Source of the DNA: an uncultured Chloroflexota bacterium
GTDB lineage: Bacteria; Chloroflexota; Dehalococcoidia; CAUJGQ01
DNA: 64,000 nucleotides
NCBI GenBank assembly: GCA_937879875.1
Contig: CALFMN010000244.1
Span: 46,433-110,432, forward strand
Direction of reading: 5' to 3'
Positions 1 through 11,824 of this stretch are shown here, piece after piece. Numbering within the stretch: the stretch's first letter is position 1; each line of letters opens with the position of its first letter. The translations under genes and the position numbers were made by a program. The notes below the pieces were generated by a model. It made no database searches. It was not told the origin of the DNA and worked only from the letters and a program-made list of their open reading frames with translations.

Positions 1-552
1 GAACGAGGTCGAGGTGCAGCCGCCGATGAACGACGAGCGCGCCACCGTGAACGGTTCTAAGGCCCGGCGCAGCGCGAACTCGGCCACGCGCTTGCCCCGC
101 GCCGCGTAGACGATGCGCGCCGCCTTCGTCGCGACGAGTGTGCCGCCGTTGACCGCCTGCAAGAGGCCGCTTTCGACCAGCAGCGCCTCGACGTAGGGTG
201 CGGTCACGCGCAGGATCGGCTCGTTGGCAAAGGCGACGGTGCCCTCGCGCATCGCCAGCACCTCGCCGCTGAAGCGCAGGGCCGCGAGGTAGTCGAGAAA
301 GGCCGGGTCGTAGTCGCGGATCTGCTCCAGGTAGGCCAGGTCGTCGGCGGCGTAGCGGAAGGCCTGCAGGAACTCGAGCGCCGGCTCCAGCCCCGCCGTG
401 AGCATGTAGGCGCCGCCGAACGGCGCCCGCCGGCTGTAGAGATCGAACGTCGCCAGCCCGCGATGGCCCGTGCGCCAGGCGACGTAGGCGGCGTCGGGGT
501 GATAGAGATCGGTGCTGAGGCCGGGATGGTAGGTCAGCAGGCTGCGCGCCAC
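1..552 (-). CDS. pncB: Nicotinate phosphoribosyltransferase, N-terminal portion (gene continues past the left edge)
   Basis: Reverse-strand translation reads ...LTYHPGLSTDLYHPDAAYVAWRTGHRGLATFDLYSRRAPFGGAYMLTAGLEPALEFLQAFRYAADDLAYLEQIRDYDP..., a typical NAPRTase N-terminus. There is no stop before position 1. The start is probably GTG near 552 but is uncertain. Confidence 0.55.
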   Translation of the reverse strand, partial: MARSLLTYHPGLSTDLYHPDAAYVAWRTGHRGLATFDLYSRRAPFGGAYMLTAGLEPALEFLQAFRYAADDLAYLEQIRDYDPAFLDYLAALRFSGEVLAMREGTVAFANEPILRVTAPYVEALLVESGLLQAVNGGTLVATKAARIVYAARGKRVAEFALRRALEPFTVARSSFIGGCTSTSF

Positions 553-698
553 GCACTCGCTCCCCGCGTGAGACTGGCCATCAGTATATCGCCGCGCCGA
601 GAACGACCGGCCGGGAGATGCCGCCCGCGCGGTATGCTGGCACGCACGGGCTGCCCATGCGGAGTCCACGCAACACGCGAACGGAGATGAGAAGAGAG

Positions 699-1472
699 AT
701 GAGTGAACGGCTGGCTGGAAAAGTTGCAATCGTCACCGGCGCGGGCGCGGGCAACGGCCGCGCGATCGCCCGCGCCTTCGCGGCTGAAGGTGCGAGCGTC
801 ATCGTCGGTGACGTGAATGAAGCCGCGGCGCGGGAAACGGCCGGCCTGATCGGCGAGCAGGCGGTGGCGCTGCGGGCCGACGTGAGCCGGGCAGAAGACT
901 GCCGGCGGCTGGTCGATACGGCCGTCGAACGCTTCGGCGCGCTGCATATCCTCGTCAACAACGCCGGCATTTGGCGCAGCGGCACGATCGAGGAGACGAG
1001 CGAAGACGACTGGGATGCGCTGATGGCGGTTAACGTCAAGGGCGTCTTTTTGTGCAGCAAGTTCGCCGTGCCGGCGATCGCCGCGGCGGGCGGCGGCAGC
1101 ATCATCCAGCTCTGCTCGCTGGCCGGCATCGCCGCGACCTCGGGCTCGGTGCTCTATACGGCGAGCAAGCACGCCGTGGCCGGCATGACGAAGGCGATGG
1201 CGCTGGACCACGCGAAGCAGGGCATCCGCGTCAACGCGCTCTGCCCCGGCCTGATCGACACGGCGCTGGCGCAGGCGATCTACGCAATGGCCGGCCCCGG
1301 CCGCGAGGAAGAGATGAAGGGCCGCTACGCCCGCGCCACGCCGCTGGGCCGCGTGGGCCAGCCGGAGGACGTGGCCAAGATCGCCGTGCACCTGGCGAGC
1401 GACGAGGCGGCCTGGGTCACGGGCCTGCTCTACTCGGTGGACGGCGGCGTGGGCATCGCGCCGCGCCGCTGA
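699..1472 (+). CDS. Short-chain dehydrogenase/reductase (SDR) family oxidoreductase
   Basis: The N-terminal TGAGAGNGRAIA Rossmann motif, NNAG, and the S...YTASKHAV catalytic Tyr/Lys motif are present. Start was chosen at MSERLAGK (internal M of track ORF 618..1472). Confidence 0.85.
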   Translation: MSERLAGKVAIVTGAGAGNGRAIARAFAAEGASVIVGDVNEAAARETAGLIGEQAVALRADVSRAEDCRRLVDTAVERFGALHILVNNAGIWRSGTIEETSEDDWDALMAVNVKGVFLCSKFAVPAIAAAGGGSIIQLCSLAGIAATSGSVLYTASKHAVAGMTKAMALDHAKQGIRVNALCPGLIDTALAQAIYAMAGPGREEEMKGRYARATPLGRVGQPEDVAKIAVHLASDEAAWVTGLLYSVDGGVGIAPRR

Positions 1473-1537
1473 GCACCAGTGAGGCGTGCAATCCCTCTTG
1501 CTACATGTATATACTCGTAGCTACACGGAGGTGCGCC

Positions 1538-1831
1538 ATGAAGATCGTCAAGATCCGCCGGGTGGGCAACAGCAATGTGATCACGCTGCCACGCGAGTTT
1601 GAAGCACCAGGTTTTTCGGCCGGAGATGAGGTTGTGCTGGATCGGACGGCCGACGGCGGGCTGCACATGCTGCCGGCACGGCCCGTGCAGGAGGATTTTC
1701 AGGCCCGCGTCCGCCGTGTAGTCGCTGAGAACAGAGAGGCGCTGGACATGCTCGCCGCGTACGATCGAGGCGAACCGGTTCAGCGCCTCAAGGCCGCGGC
1801 AAAGCCATCCAAACACAAGTCCGCGCGATGA
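1538..1831 (+). CDS. AbrB/MazE (SpoVT-AbrB) type antitoxin
   Basis: MKIVKIRRVGNSNVITLPREF is a swapped-hairpin AbrB-like N-terminus. The GGAGGTG Shine-Dalgarno sits 5 nt upstream. The stop overlaps the next gene start as ATGA. Confidence 0.75.
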   Translation: MKIVKIRRVGNSNVITLPREFEAPGFSAGDEVVLDRTADGGLHMLPARPVQEDFQARVRRVVAENREALDMLAAYDRGEPVQRLKAAAKPSKHKSAR

Positions 1832-2220
1832 GCGAGCTTGTCTACCTTACCGTCGAACAGGTGATCACGCTCTATGCCGGCCTCTTTGATTGCACCGAAC
1901 GGCAGGCGGCCGATCAACTCCGCAGCCGGGAAGGGCTGGAGTCGGCACTTGCGCGTCCGCAGTTCTATGCACACTACGAAAGTGCAGACGTGTCGATGCA
2001 GGCAGCAGTCCTGGCAGAAGGGATTGCCGAAACGCAACCGTTCATTGAAGGCAACAAGCGGACCGCATTGGCGGCATTGGCGCTTTTCCTGGATATGAAC
2101 GGCTTTGCGCTCGCCGCCTCGCAGCAGGAGCGCGTGGAGTGGATGCTGAGCCTGGCCGAAGGCGCCGCGGCCGAGGCGCTGGCCGATCGCATCCGCGCCT
2201 GCCGCACGCCCGCCCGCTGA
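1828..2220 (+). CDS. Doc/Fic-family toxin (death-on-curing)
   Basis: The Fic/Doc motif QPFIEGNKRTALAALALFLDMNGF (HxFx(D/E)GNKR-like) is present. The protein is 130 aa and translationally coupled to the upstream antitoxin. Confidence 0.8.
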   Translation: MSELVYLTVEQVITLYAGLFDCTERQAADQLRSREGLESALARPQFYAHYESADVSMQAAVLAEGIAETQPFIEGNKRTALAALALFLDMNGFALAASQQERVEWMLSLAEGAAAEALADRIRACRTPAR

Positions 2221-2412
2221 CCGCCGCGGCCATCGCGGGCCACGCGCTTGCCCTGCGAGCATGCACGGGCGAAGCTCCGCCGCGCGGCTATGCGTAACGC
2301 CCGCCCGCCGAGCCGCTACTATGAGCAGACGCGGTGCACGCACGGCACGTCCCCGCTCGCGGGCGAGCGCCGGGCCGGCCACACGCGAGCGACGCAGCCG
2401 CAGGAGCTTCAG

Positions 2413-5115
<2,703 letters not shown>

Positions 5116-5195
5116 TCGTGCCAGAGGCGACCCATCGGTTCGCTACTCCGGGGGCCGTCGCGAGCCAGCCGCTGGCTGATTCGGAGGAGCGTGCG

Positions 5196-5993
5196 ATGCC
5201 GTACCAGGACGTGCAGATCGACCTTCACGACGGCGTGTGCTGGATCACGCTCGATCGTCCGGAGCAGATGAACGCGCTCAGCCCGGAGATGGGCGACGGC
5301 CTCGTCTCGGCGCTCGAGCAGGCCGGCCGCGACGACGAGGTACGCGTGGTCGTGATCACCGGCGCCGGGCGCGCCTTCTGCGCCGGCGGCGATTTGAAGA
5401 CGATGAACGTGCGCGCCGAGCGCGAGCGCACGGCCAGTGGCCGGCTGGAGGCGCTGAGCGCCGCTGGACGGCGTATTCCGATGCTGGTGCGCCAGATCCA
5501 CAAGCCCGTGATCGCCGCGGTGAACGGCGCGGCGATGGGCTGGGGCTGTGACCTCGCCGTGGCCTGCGATCTGCGCATTGCCGCCGACAGCGCCCGCTTC
5601 GGTGAGCTGTTCGTCAAGCGCGGGCTGATTCCCGACGGCGGCTCGACCTACAACCTGCCCCGCCTGATCGGCATGGACCGCGCCGCGGAACTGATCTTCA
5701 CCGGCCGGCTGATCGACGCGGCCGAGGCGCTGCGCATCGGCCTGGTCACGCGCGTGGTGCCCGCGGCCGAACTGCGCGCCGAGACGCAACGGCTGGCCAG
5801 CGAGATCGCCGCCAACGCTCCGCTGGCCGTGCAAACGGCGAAACGCCTGCTCTACGCGCAGCAGAACCTGACGATCGAACAGGCGATGGAGCAGGTCACG
5901 TTCTTCCTCTCCACACTGCGCCAGTCGGAAGACCACCACGAAGGCGTGGCCGCGTTCTTGGAGAAACGCGAGGCCGTCTTCCGCGGCGTCTGA
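5196..5993 (+). CDS. Enoyl-CoA hydratase/isomerase (crotonase fold)
   Basis: Crotonase motifs VVITGAGRAFCAGGDL and AAVNGAAMGWGCDLAVACDLRIA are present. The GGAGG Shine-Dalgarno lies upstream of MPYQDV. Confidence 0.85.
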   Translation: MPYQDVQIDLHDGVCWITLDRPEQMNALSPEMGDGLVSALEQAGRDDEVRVVVITGAGRAFCAGGDLKTMNVRAERERTASGRLEALSAAGRRIPMLVRQIHKPVIAAVNGAAMGWGCDLAVACDLRIAADSARFGELFVKRGLIPDGGSTYNLPRLIGMDRAAELIFTGRLIDAAEALRIGLVTRVVPAAELRAETQRLASEIAANAPLAVQTAKRLLYAQQNLTIEQAMEQVTFFLSTLRQSEDHHEGVAAFLEKREAVFRGV

Positions 5994-6017
5994 GCCGCCG
6001 CGCGGGCCGCGTGCGAG

Positions 6018-6725
6018 CTACTGCTGCGCTGCCTGCGCCTTTTGGTCCAGCAGGTCGATCAGCGGTTGCAGAGCGTCGAGCGAGGCCTTGTCGGGCAGGA
6101 AGAACTCGCCCACGCCGAGGATGATGCGTCCGCGCCGCCAGGCGATCGAGTAGCCGATCTGGCCGTTGCCGGTCACCTGAATCGCGAACGACTGCTCGCC
6201 GAGCGGCTGCGGCAGCGTGATCTCCTGGTACTGTGTCCCAGCCGCCGGGCGCGGATACTGGTCGAAATACTGCTTCGCGCCGGCCGCGTCCTTCCACACG
6301 TCGATGGTAACGCCGGCGCCTCCCGGGCTGTCGGGCGTCGTGATCTGCCGCAGGTAGCCGCCGAGCCGGCCCGTCGTGTTCATCAGGTCGAGCACGGCCG
6401 CCGGATTTTCGAAGCCGCTCACCGCGGCCTCGTTCGGCTGATAGGCCTCGAATTGACCGAAGCCGAAGCCCGGCGACCTGCCGCCCGGCTTCGGCCGCAC
6501 CTGCTCGGTGATATCGGTCACGGCCTTCGGCGGCGCTCCCGGCGGCTCCAGGGAGACGCCCGGCGTCGGGCTGCCGCGTTGCGCCTGCGCGGGCGCGGCC
6601 GTCTGTGCAGGCGGCGCCGTCGGCCCGGCTGCGGTGGGCGACGTGGCCTTTTTGTTGTTCGAGCCTCCGCACGCGGCCAGTGCCAGCAGCGCGGCGGGAA
6701 CGACGAGGATCACGAGCCGGCGCAT
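6018..6725 (-). CDS. Secreted lipoprotein of unknown function (paralog 1)
   Basis: It has the signal peptide plus lipobox MRRLVILVVPAALLALAAC, followed by an Ala/Pro/Thr-rich linker. The conserved C-terminal domain ends SIAWRRGRIILGVGE...LDQKAQAAQQ. Confidence 0.7.
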   Translation of the reverse strand: MRRLVILVVPAALLALAACGGSNNKKATSPTAAGPTAPPAQTAAPAQAQRGSPTPGVSLEPPGAPPKAVTDITEQVRPKPGGRSPGFGFGQFEAYQPNEAAVSGFENPAAVLDLMNTTGRLGGYLRQITTPDSPGGAGVTIDVWKDAAGAKQYFDQYPRPAAGTQYQEITLPQPLGEQSFAIQVTGNGQIGYSIAWRRGRIILGVGEFFLPDKASLDALQPLIDLLDQKAQAAQQ

Positions 6726-6912
6726 GGAACTCCCCGGCGCGAACAGCACGCCATCCAGCAGGATAGCCGTGGCCGCCTGTGAGGAACAGCGCGCCGAACA
6801 GCCCAACTCCCCGGACCGCTCGACGCCCGCTCGCCCCTTCCCTCCCATACTGCCGATCGCAAGCGACAGATCTCCCATCGTTTGTGTGTGGGAGAGCAGG
6901 GGGAGTGGATTA

Positions 6913-7824
6913 CTATGGCCCCTGCGCCGCCTGCGCCTTCGCATCGAGGATGGCCGCGATCTGCAGCAGGTGGTCCAGCGCCGCCTGCCCCGAGGCCGGC
7001 TCGCCCACACCCAGCACCACGCGCCCGCGCCGCCAGGCGATCGACGTACCGCTGCCCGCGCCGATCGCGTACTGATAGGCGGTGCTCTGGTCGCCGAGCG
7101 GCGATGGCAGCGTAAACTGCTGCGGCTTCACCTCGGCGGGCGGGCTGGGGAACTGGTCGAAGTAGGCTTTCGCGCCCGCCTCGTCCTGCCAGATCTCGAT
7201 CGAGACGCCGATGCCCGAGGAACTGTCGGGCGAGTTGATCTGCTGGACGAAGCCGTCGAGCCGGCCGGTGTCGTTGAACAGCTTCAGCACCGCCTGCGGG
7301 TCGGCATAGCCGTTGATCGCCTGCGCGTTCGCTTCGTGCGCCGAGAGCCCGCCAACGCTGTAGCCGGAAGGCAGATCCGTGGCGGTCAGCATGATGCGGT
7401 CGATCAGGTCGGCGGCCGAGGCGCCGCTGCCGGAGGCTGCCGAAGCCGCCGCGGTCGAGGAGGGTTCCGCTCCGGCCGGCGCCGCTGCTGCGGCCGTGCC
7501 CGCGGCCGTTGCGGAAGGGGCGCGAGTCGGGACGGCTGTGCTGGCGGCCGCAGTCGGACTCGGCGCAGCAGCAGGTGCAGCAGCGGCGGTCGCGGTTGGA
7601 CTCCCTCCCGCCACGGCCGGGAAGGGTGTACCGTTGCTGAGAGCGGCGCTCGGCGTGCCGCTGGCGGGCGTATGGGACGCGGCGGCGGCCGCCTGCGGCG
7701 TGCTCGGCGCCGCTGAAGCGGCCGGCGGCGTGGTCTTCGGCTTGTTCGACGAACTGCACGCCGTGCAGAGCACAAGGGCGCAGAGCGTCGCGGAGCAGGC
7801 AAGCTTGAGCAAAACGGTGGTCAC
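6913..7824 (-). CDS. Secreted lipoprotein of unknown function (paralog 2)
   Basis: A lipobox is present (LVLCTAC). A long A/P/T/S-rich linker precedes a C-terminal domain that aligns with the downstream paralog (GRLDGFVQQINSPDSSSGIGVSIEIWQDEAGAKAYFDQFP...SIAWRRGRVVLGVGE). Confidence 0.7.
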   Translation of the reverse strand: MTTVLLKLACSATLCALVLCTACSSSNKPKTTPPAASAAPSTPQAAAAASHTPASGTPSAALSNGTPFPAVAGGSPTATAAAAPAAAPSPTAAASTAVPTRAPSATAAGTAAAAAPAGAEPSSTAAASAASGSGASAADLIDRIMLTATDLPSGYSVGGLSAHEANAQAINGYADPQAVLKLFNDTGRLDGFVQQINSPDSSSGIGVSIEIWQDEAGAKAYFDQFPSPPAEVKPQQFTLPSPLGDQSTAYQYAIGAGSGTSIAWRRGRVVLGVGEPASGQAALDHLLQIAAILDAKAQAAQGP

Positions 7825-8228
7825 CTCAGCGTGAATGTCGTCACTGCCACGATCAACACCTCGGCAGGCCGAAACGTTCCACTCCTGGGCGCTGCCGCGT
7901 CTCGCCTCCGCCGCGCGGGGCGCCGATGAGCCGCGCCGGCGGGCAGCCCGACCCGCTGCCGCCCGACCGCCTCGCCATCGAATGCCGCTTTCTGCGCCGC
8001 ACGATCATCTCCGGCCGGCTGGACGGCCCCGTGGCCACGCTCTGCCAGCACCCGGTGCGCGACGGCTTCGACTGCGTTGGGCCGTTCATGGAAGACCTGC
8101 CCACCGCCTGCCGGCTCTGGGAGCAACGCGGCCGCTGAGGCTGGCGCATGGCATCGTTCGACGCGGCGGCGCGCGATATACTCAATCTGTAGTTTATCCG
8201 TGCCTCCAGGCACGAGGAGCACACCGCC

Positions 8229-8840
8229 ATGACGTACGTTCCCAATCCTGCCGTGATCGAGTCCGACGGGCGCATCGAGCGCTCGATGGATGTTTTCTCC
8301 CGGCTGCTGCGCGACCGCATTATCTACCTCGGCACGCCGATCGACGATTCGGTGGCGAATCTGATCATCGGCCAGTTGCTGTATCTGGCCAGCGCCGACC
8401 CCGACCGCGACATCCAGATGTACATCAACAGCCCCGGCGGCGTGGTCACCGCCGGCCTGGCCATCTACGACACGATGCAGCACATCCGCTGCGATGTGTC
8501 CACAACCTGCATCGGCCAGGCCGCCAGTATGGGCGCCGTGCTGCTGGCCGCCGGCGCCAAGGGCAAGCGCTACATCACGCCCAACGCGCAGGTAATGGTG
8601 CACCAGGGCAGCGCCGGTTTCAGCGGCGCCACGCCGGACATCATGATCCAGGTCCAGCACCTGGCCGGCCTGATCGAGCGGCTGAACAACATTCTCGCCA
8701 AACACACCGGCCAGCCGATGGAGCGCATCAAGACGGACACCTCCCGCGACTTCTGGATGAACGCCGACCAGGTGCTCGAGTACGGTATCTGCGATCAGGT
8801 GCTCTCGCCCGCAAAGGAGCTGGCCGCGGTCGGAGCATAG
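8229..8840 (+). CDS. clpP: ATP-dependent Clp protease proteolytic subunit
   Basis: The canonical ClpP sequence is present with catalytic Ser in GQAASMGA, His in MVHQ and Asp in RDFWM. A GAGGAG Shine-Dalgarno lies upstream. Confidence 0.95.
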   Translation: MTYVPNPAVIESDGRIERSMDVFSRLLRDRIIYLGTPIDDSVANLIIGQLLYLASADPDRDIQMYINSPGGVVTAGLAIYDTMQHIRCDVSTTCIGQAASMGAVLLAAGAKGKRYITPNAQVMVHQGSAGFSGATPDIMIQVQHLAGLIERLNNILAKHTGQPMERIKTDTSRDFWMNADQVLEYGICDQVLSPAKELAAVGA

Positions 8841-8866
8841 TCGCAGCTCAGCGCTTCCTGTACAGA

Positions 8867-8899
8867 CGACGGGGGACGGGCGCGATGCCCGTCCCCCGT
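8867..8899. terminator. Perfect 13-bp GC-rich hairpin downstream of clpP (putative terminator)
   Basis: ACGGGGGACGGGC-gcgat-GCCCGTCCCCCGT lies 27 nt after the clpP stop. It has no clear U-tract. Confidence 0.4.
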
Positions 8900-8920
8900 C
8901 TGCATGGTCGGCGGCGCTCG

Positions 8921-9106
8921 GCCCTCTATCCCCCGTCCCCTTTCCCCCAATCGTTGCCATCGCGCGGAGCGCGATCTGGGATGAGGGAAGGGGCGATCGT
9001 GCGCAGCACGACTCGGACGGTCTCGGGTTAACCATTCATCGATCGGATCGCTTCAGGCTGGATCGCCCCTCGCCCAGGATTGGGAGAGGGGAAGGGGGTG
9101 AGGGCC
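8921..9106. repeat. Family-B MITE-like palindromic repeat, copy 1
   Basis: The left arm is GGCCCTCTATCCCCCGTCCCCTTTCCCCCAATC... and the right arm is GATCGCCCCTCGCCCAGGATTGGGAGAGGGGAAGGGGGTGAGGGCC. A central GGGTTAACC is present. The element is homologous to the copies at 41855-42040 and 44888-45060. Confidence 0.6.
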
Positions 9107-11449
9107 CGCCGCCCGCATCGCGTTCCAGACCCGCTGCGGTGTCAGCGGCAGATCGATGTGGCGCACACCCAGCGGCGCCAGCGCATCCATCACCGCGTTG
9201 GCGATCGCCGGCACGCTGCCGATCGTGCCCGCTTCGCCCACGCCCTTGACGCCGAGCGGCGTGCGCGGCGAGGGCGTGACCGTATGGCCGATCGACATGT
9301 GCGGCATATCTTCGCTGTGCGGAATCGCGTAGTCCATGAAGCTGCCGGAAATGAGCTGGCCGTTTTCGTCGTAGACCACCTCTTCCAGCAGCGCCTGGCC
9401 CACCCCCTGCGCGATGCCGCCGTGCACCTGCCCGCGCACGATCAGCGGGTTGATCACCGGACCGCAGTCGTCTACCCCGTCGAAACGCAGCAGCGACACC
9501 GCGCCGGTGTCGCGATCCACTTCGACCATCGCTAAGTACGCGCCGAAGGGGAAGGTCATGCCCTGCGAGCCGAAGAAGTGCTGCGCTTCGAGGCCGGGCT
9601 CGTCGCCGGGCGCGGGCGCGCTGTAGGCGTGCGCGGCCACGCGCTGAAAGGCGAGGCCGCGGTCGGGCGCGTCGGCCGGCTCGATGCGGCCGTTGCGGAA
9701 GACAAGATCGTCTTCGTTCGCCTCGATCATGTTGGCGGCGACGCGGCGCATTTTCGCCTCGATCTCGCGCAGCGACTGATAGACCGCCGAACCGCCCATC
9801 ATCATGCTGCGGCTGCCAAAAGTCCCGATGCCCTGCGGCACGATGGCGGTATCGTGCTCGTGCAGCGTCACCGTGTCGGGATCGACGCCCAGCACTTCGG
9901 CCGCGAGCTGCGCGAAGACCGTCTCGTGGCCCTGGCCGTGCGCCGAAACGCCGGTTAACAACTCGACCGCGCCGCTCTGGTTCACACGCACCGCGCCGTA
10001 CTCCCAGGCCGCCGCGCCGCCGCCTTCGCTGGCCGCGCCGGGGCCGCAGCTCTCGACGTACGAGCAGATGCCGATGCCGACCAGCCGCCCGGCGGCGCGG
10101 GCCGCATCGCGCTCGCGCTTGAGCGCGGCGTAATCCACGTTCTCCAGCAGGGTGCTCAGCGCCTTCTCGTAGTCGCCGCTGTCGTAGAGCAGGCCGGTGG
10201 CCGTGCGATACGGGAAGGCGTCGGCGGGAATGAAGTTCTTACGGCGCAGCTCGACCGGGTCCATCGCCAGCTCGCGCGCCAGCAGATCCATCGCCCGCTC
10301 GCAGAAGTAGGTCGCTTCTGGCCGGCCGGCGCCGCGGTAGGCTGCCGTGGGCGACTTGTTGGTCAGCGCCTCGCTGAGCAGCACGCGGGCAGCGGGAAAT
10401 TTGTAGACGTTGGTGCAGAGCCGCTGCGTGTTGCCGAACAGGCCGACCGTGCTGGCGTCGCAGGTATGGCCCAAATCGGCGATGATGCTGAGCTTGAGGC
10501 CGAGCAGCGTGCCGTCGCGCCTGGCCGCCAGCTCGATCGTGCCGCTCTGGCCACGGCCGTGGCTGGTGGTCGTGAACGACTCCATGCGCGTCTCGATCCA
10601 CTTGACCGGCCGCTCGAAGCGCCGCGCCAGGAACGCGGCGCAGGCTTCTTCGGAGTAGACATTGCCTTTGGCGCCGAAGCCGCCGCCCATCTCCGGCGCG
10701 ATCACACGCACGCGTCCTTCGGGAACGCCGGTCATGCGCGAGAGCGTGGCGCGCACGCGGTGCGGCGCCTGCGAAGTGACCCAGATCGTGAAACGATCGT
10801 CCCAGCGATCGTAGCGCGCCAGCACGCCGCGCGTTTCGATCGCGGAGGGCGCGAGGCGGGCGGCCGACATGCGCTGCTTCACGACGATATCCGCCTGCGC
10901 GAACGCCGCCTCGATCTCAGCTTCTGAGGCGCCGAACGGCACGCCCCGCAGCACGGCGTTGCCGGGAAAGTCGTCCCAGAGCTGCGGCGCGCCCGGCGCC
11001 AGCGCCGCCTCCGGATCGACCACGGCGGGCAACTCGTCATACTCGACCTCGACCAGGTCGACCGCGTCCTCCGCGACGTAACGGTCACTCGCCAGCACCG
11101 CGGCGACCGACTCGCCCACGCGCCGCACCTTCTCCCGCGCCAGCACGAAGCGGGGCGGCTGCGGCGGACCGGGATTCGCCGGGAACGGCGGCGCGAAGTC
11201 GGCGGCTTCGGCGCCCGTCACCACGGCGAAGACACCCGGCAAGGCGAGCGCCGCGCTCACGTCGATCGAAACGATGCGGGCGTGCGCGTGCGGGGAGCGT
11301 ACGAAAGCGAGGTGCAGCAGATCGGGCAGATGCATGTCGTCGATGTAGGTTGCACTGCCGGTAATCAGGCGCGGGTCTTCGCGCCGTTTCACCGGCGTTC
11401 CGAACCAACGCGCATGCAGAAATGGCCCGGTGCTGTGCTCGTCAGCCAC
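9053..11449 (-). CDS. Xanthine dehydrogenase/aldehyde oxidase/CoxL-family molybdopterin-binding large subunit
   Basis: An approximately 800-aa Mo-hydroxylase large-subunit-like sequence (FGTPVKRREDPRLITGSATYIDD..., GGGFG, MMGGS motifs). Start was set at GTG (VADEHS) with an AGGAAG Shine-Dalgarno. The last ~17 codons lie inside repeat copy B1. Confidence 0.8.
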   Translation of the reverse strand: MADEHSTGPFLHARWFGTPVKRREDPRLITGSATYIDDMHLPDLLHLAFVRSPHAHARIVSIDVSAALALPGVFAVVTGAEAADFAPPFPANPGPPQPPRFVLAREKVRRVGESVAAVLASDRYVAEDAVDLVEVEYDELPAVVDPEAALAPGAPQLWDDFPGNAVLRGVPFGASEAEIEAAFAQADIVVKQRMSAARLAPSAIETRGVLARYDRWDDRFTIWVTSQAPHRVRATLSRMTGVPEGRVRVIAPEMGGGFGAKGNVYSEEACAAFLARRFERPVKWIETRMESFTTTSHGRGQSGTIELAARRDGTLLGLKLSIIADLGHTCDASTVGLFGNTQRLCTNVYKFPAARVLLSEALTNKSPTAAYRGAGRPEATYFCERAMDLLARELAMDPVELRRKNFIPADAFPYRTATGLLYDSGDYEKALSTLLENVDYAALKRERDAARAAGRLVGIGICSYVESCGPGAASEGGGAAAWEYGAVRVNQSGAVELLTGVSAHGQGHETVFAQLAAEVLGVDPDTVTLHEHDTAIVPQGIGTFGSRSMMMGGSAVYQSLREIEAKMRRVAANMIEANEDDLVFRNGRIEPADAPDRGLAFQRVAAHAYSAPAPGDEPGLEAQHFFGSQGMTFPFGAYLAMVEVDRDTGAVSLLRFDGVDDCGPVINPLIVRGQVHGGIAQGVGQALLEEVVYDENGQLISGSFMDYAIPHSEDMPHMSIGHTVTPSPRTPLGVKGVGEAGTIGSVPAIANAVMDALAPLGVRHIDLPLTPQRVWNAMRAAGPHPLPLSQSWARGDPA

Positions 11450-11824
11450 GGTTGGCTTCCTCCCGCGGGTGGGTGTGGGGCGCTGCCCCGTGCAACTGTA
11501 CACTGACCAGCAACGATGCGCCGACTGAACACCTAACCCCATCGCGGCTTGCGCCGCGCCTGCCGATCACCGTCTTTCCAGGCCACAAGCCCGAACTCGC
11601 CGCGGACGTCTTACCTGGCTCTGGCATCACGGCGTCCTGCCGCGGCGTAGTGGACTGCGCTGCGCGGCTGCGCCGATCGGGCGGCTATCCATAGCGCCAG
11701 CCGCGCGCCGGCGGCGCTCGCGCATTGTGCGGGCCGCGACGCGTCTGCTAGCATATTGCCGTAGAAAAAGAGCGTGAAAAACGAGCCCGACCGCGAGAGC
11801 GGGCACCAGAGAGAAGAAAGGCGC

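Noticed and set aside
7821-9035. Two ~400-aa ORFs (7821..9035 minus and 7835..9031 plus) spanning the clpP region
   Set aside because: They overlap the unambiguous clpP frame and are compositionally biased, so they are frame artefacts. A 70-aa ORF at 7926..8138 upstream of clpP was also considered and left uncalled for lack of any supporting signal.
11400-11470. Apparent 1-nt discrepancy between my manual reading and the ORF track near the xdh start
   Set aside because: It is most likely my own base-counting error. I deferred to the track coordinates. The same caveat (plus or minus a few nt) applies to all hand-derived coordinates.
11543-11824. Putative rpsO promoter (TTGTGC-N18-TAGCAT)
   Set aside because: The match is weak and the spacer is off-consensus. 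Chloroflexi/actinobacterial sigma-A consensus in this organism is unknown, so it is not reported.
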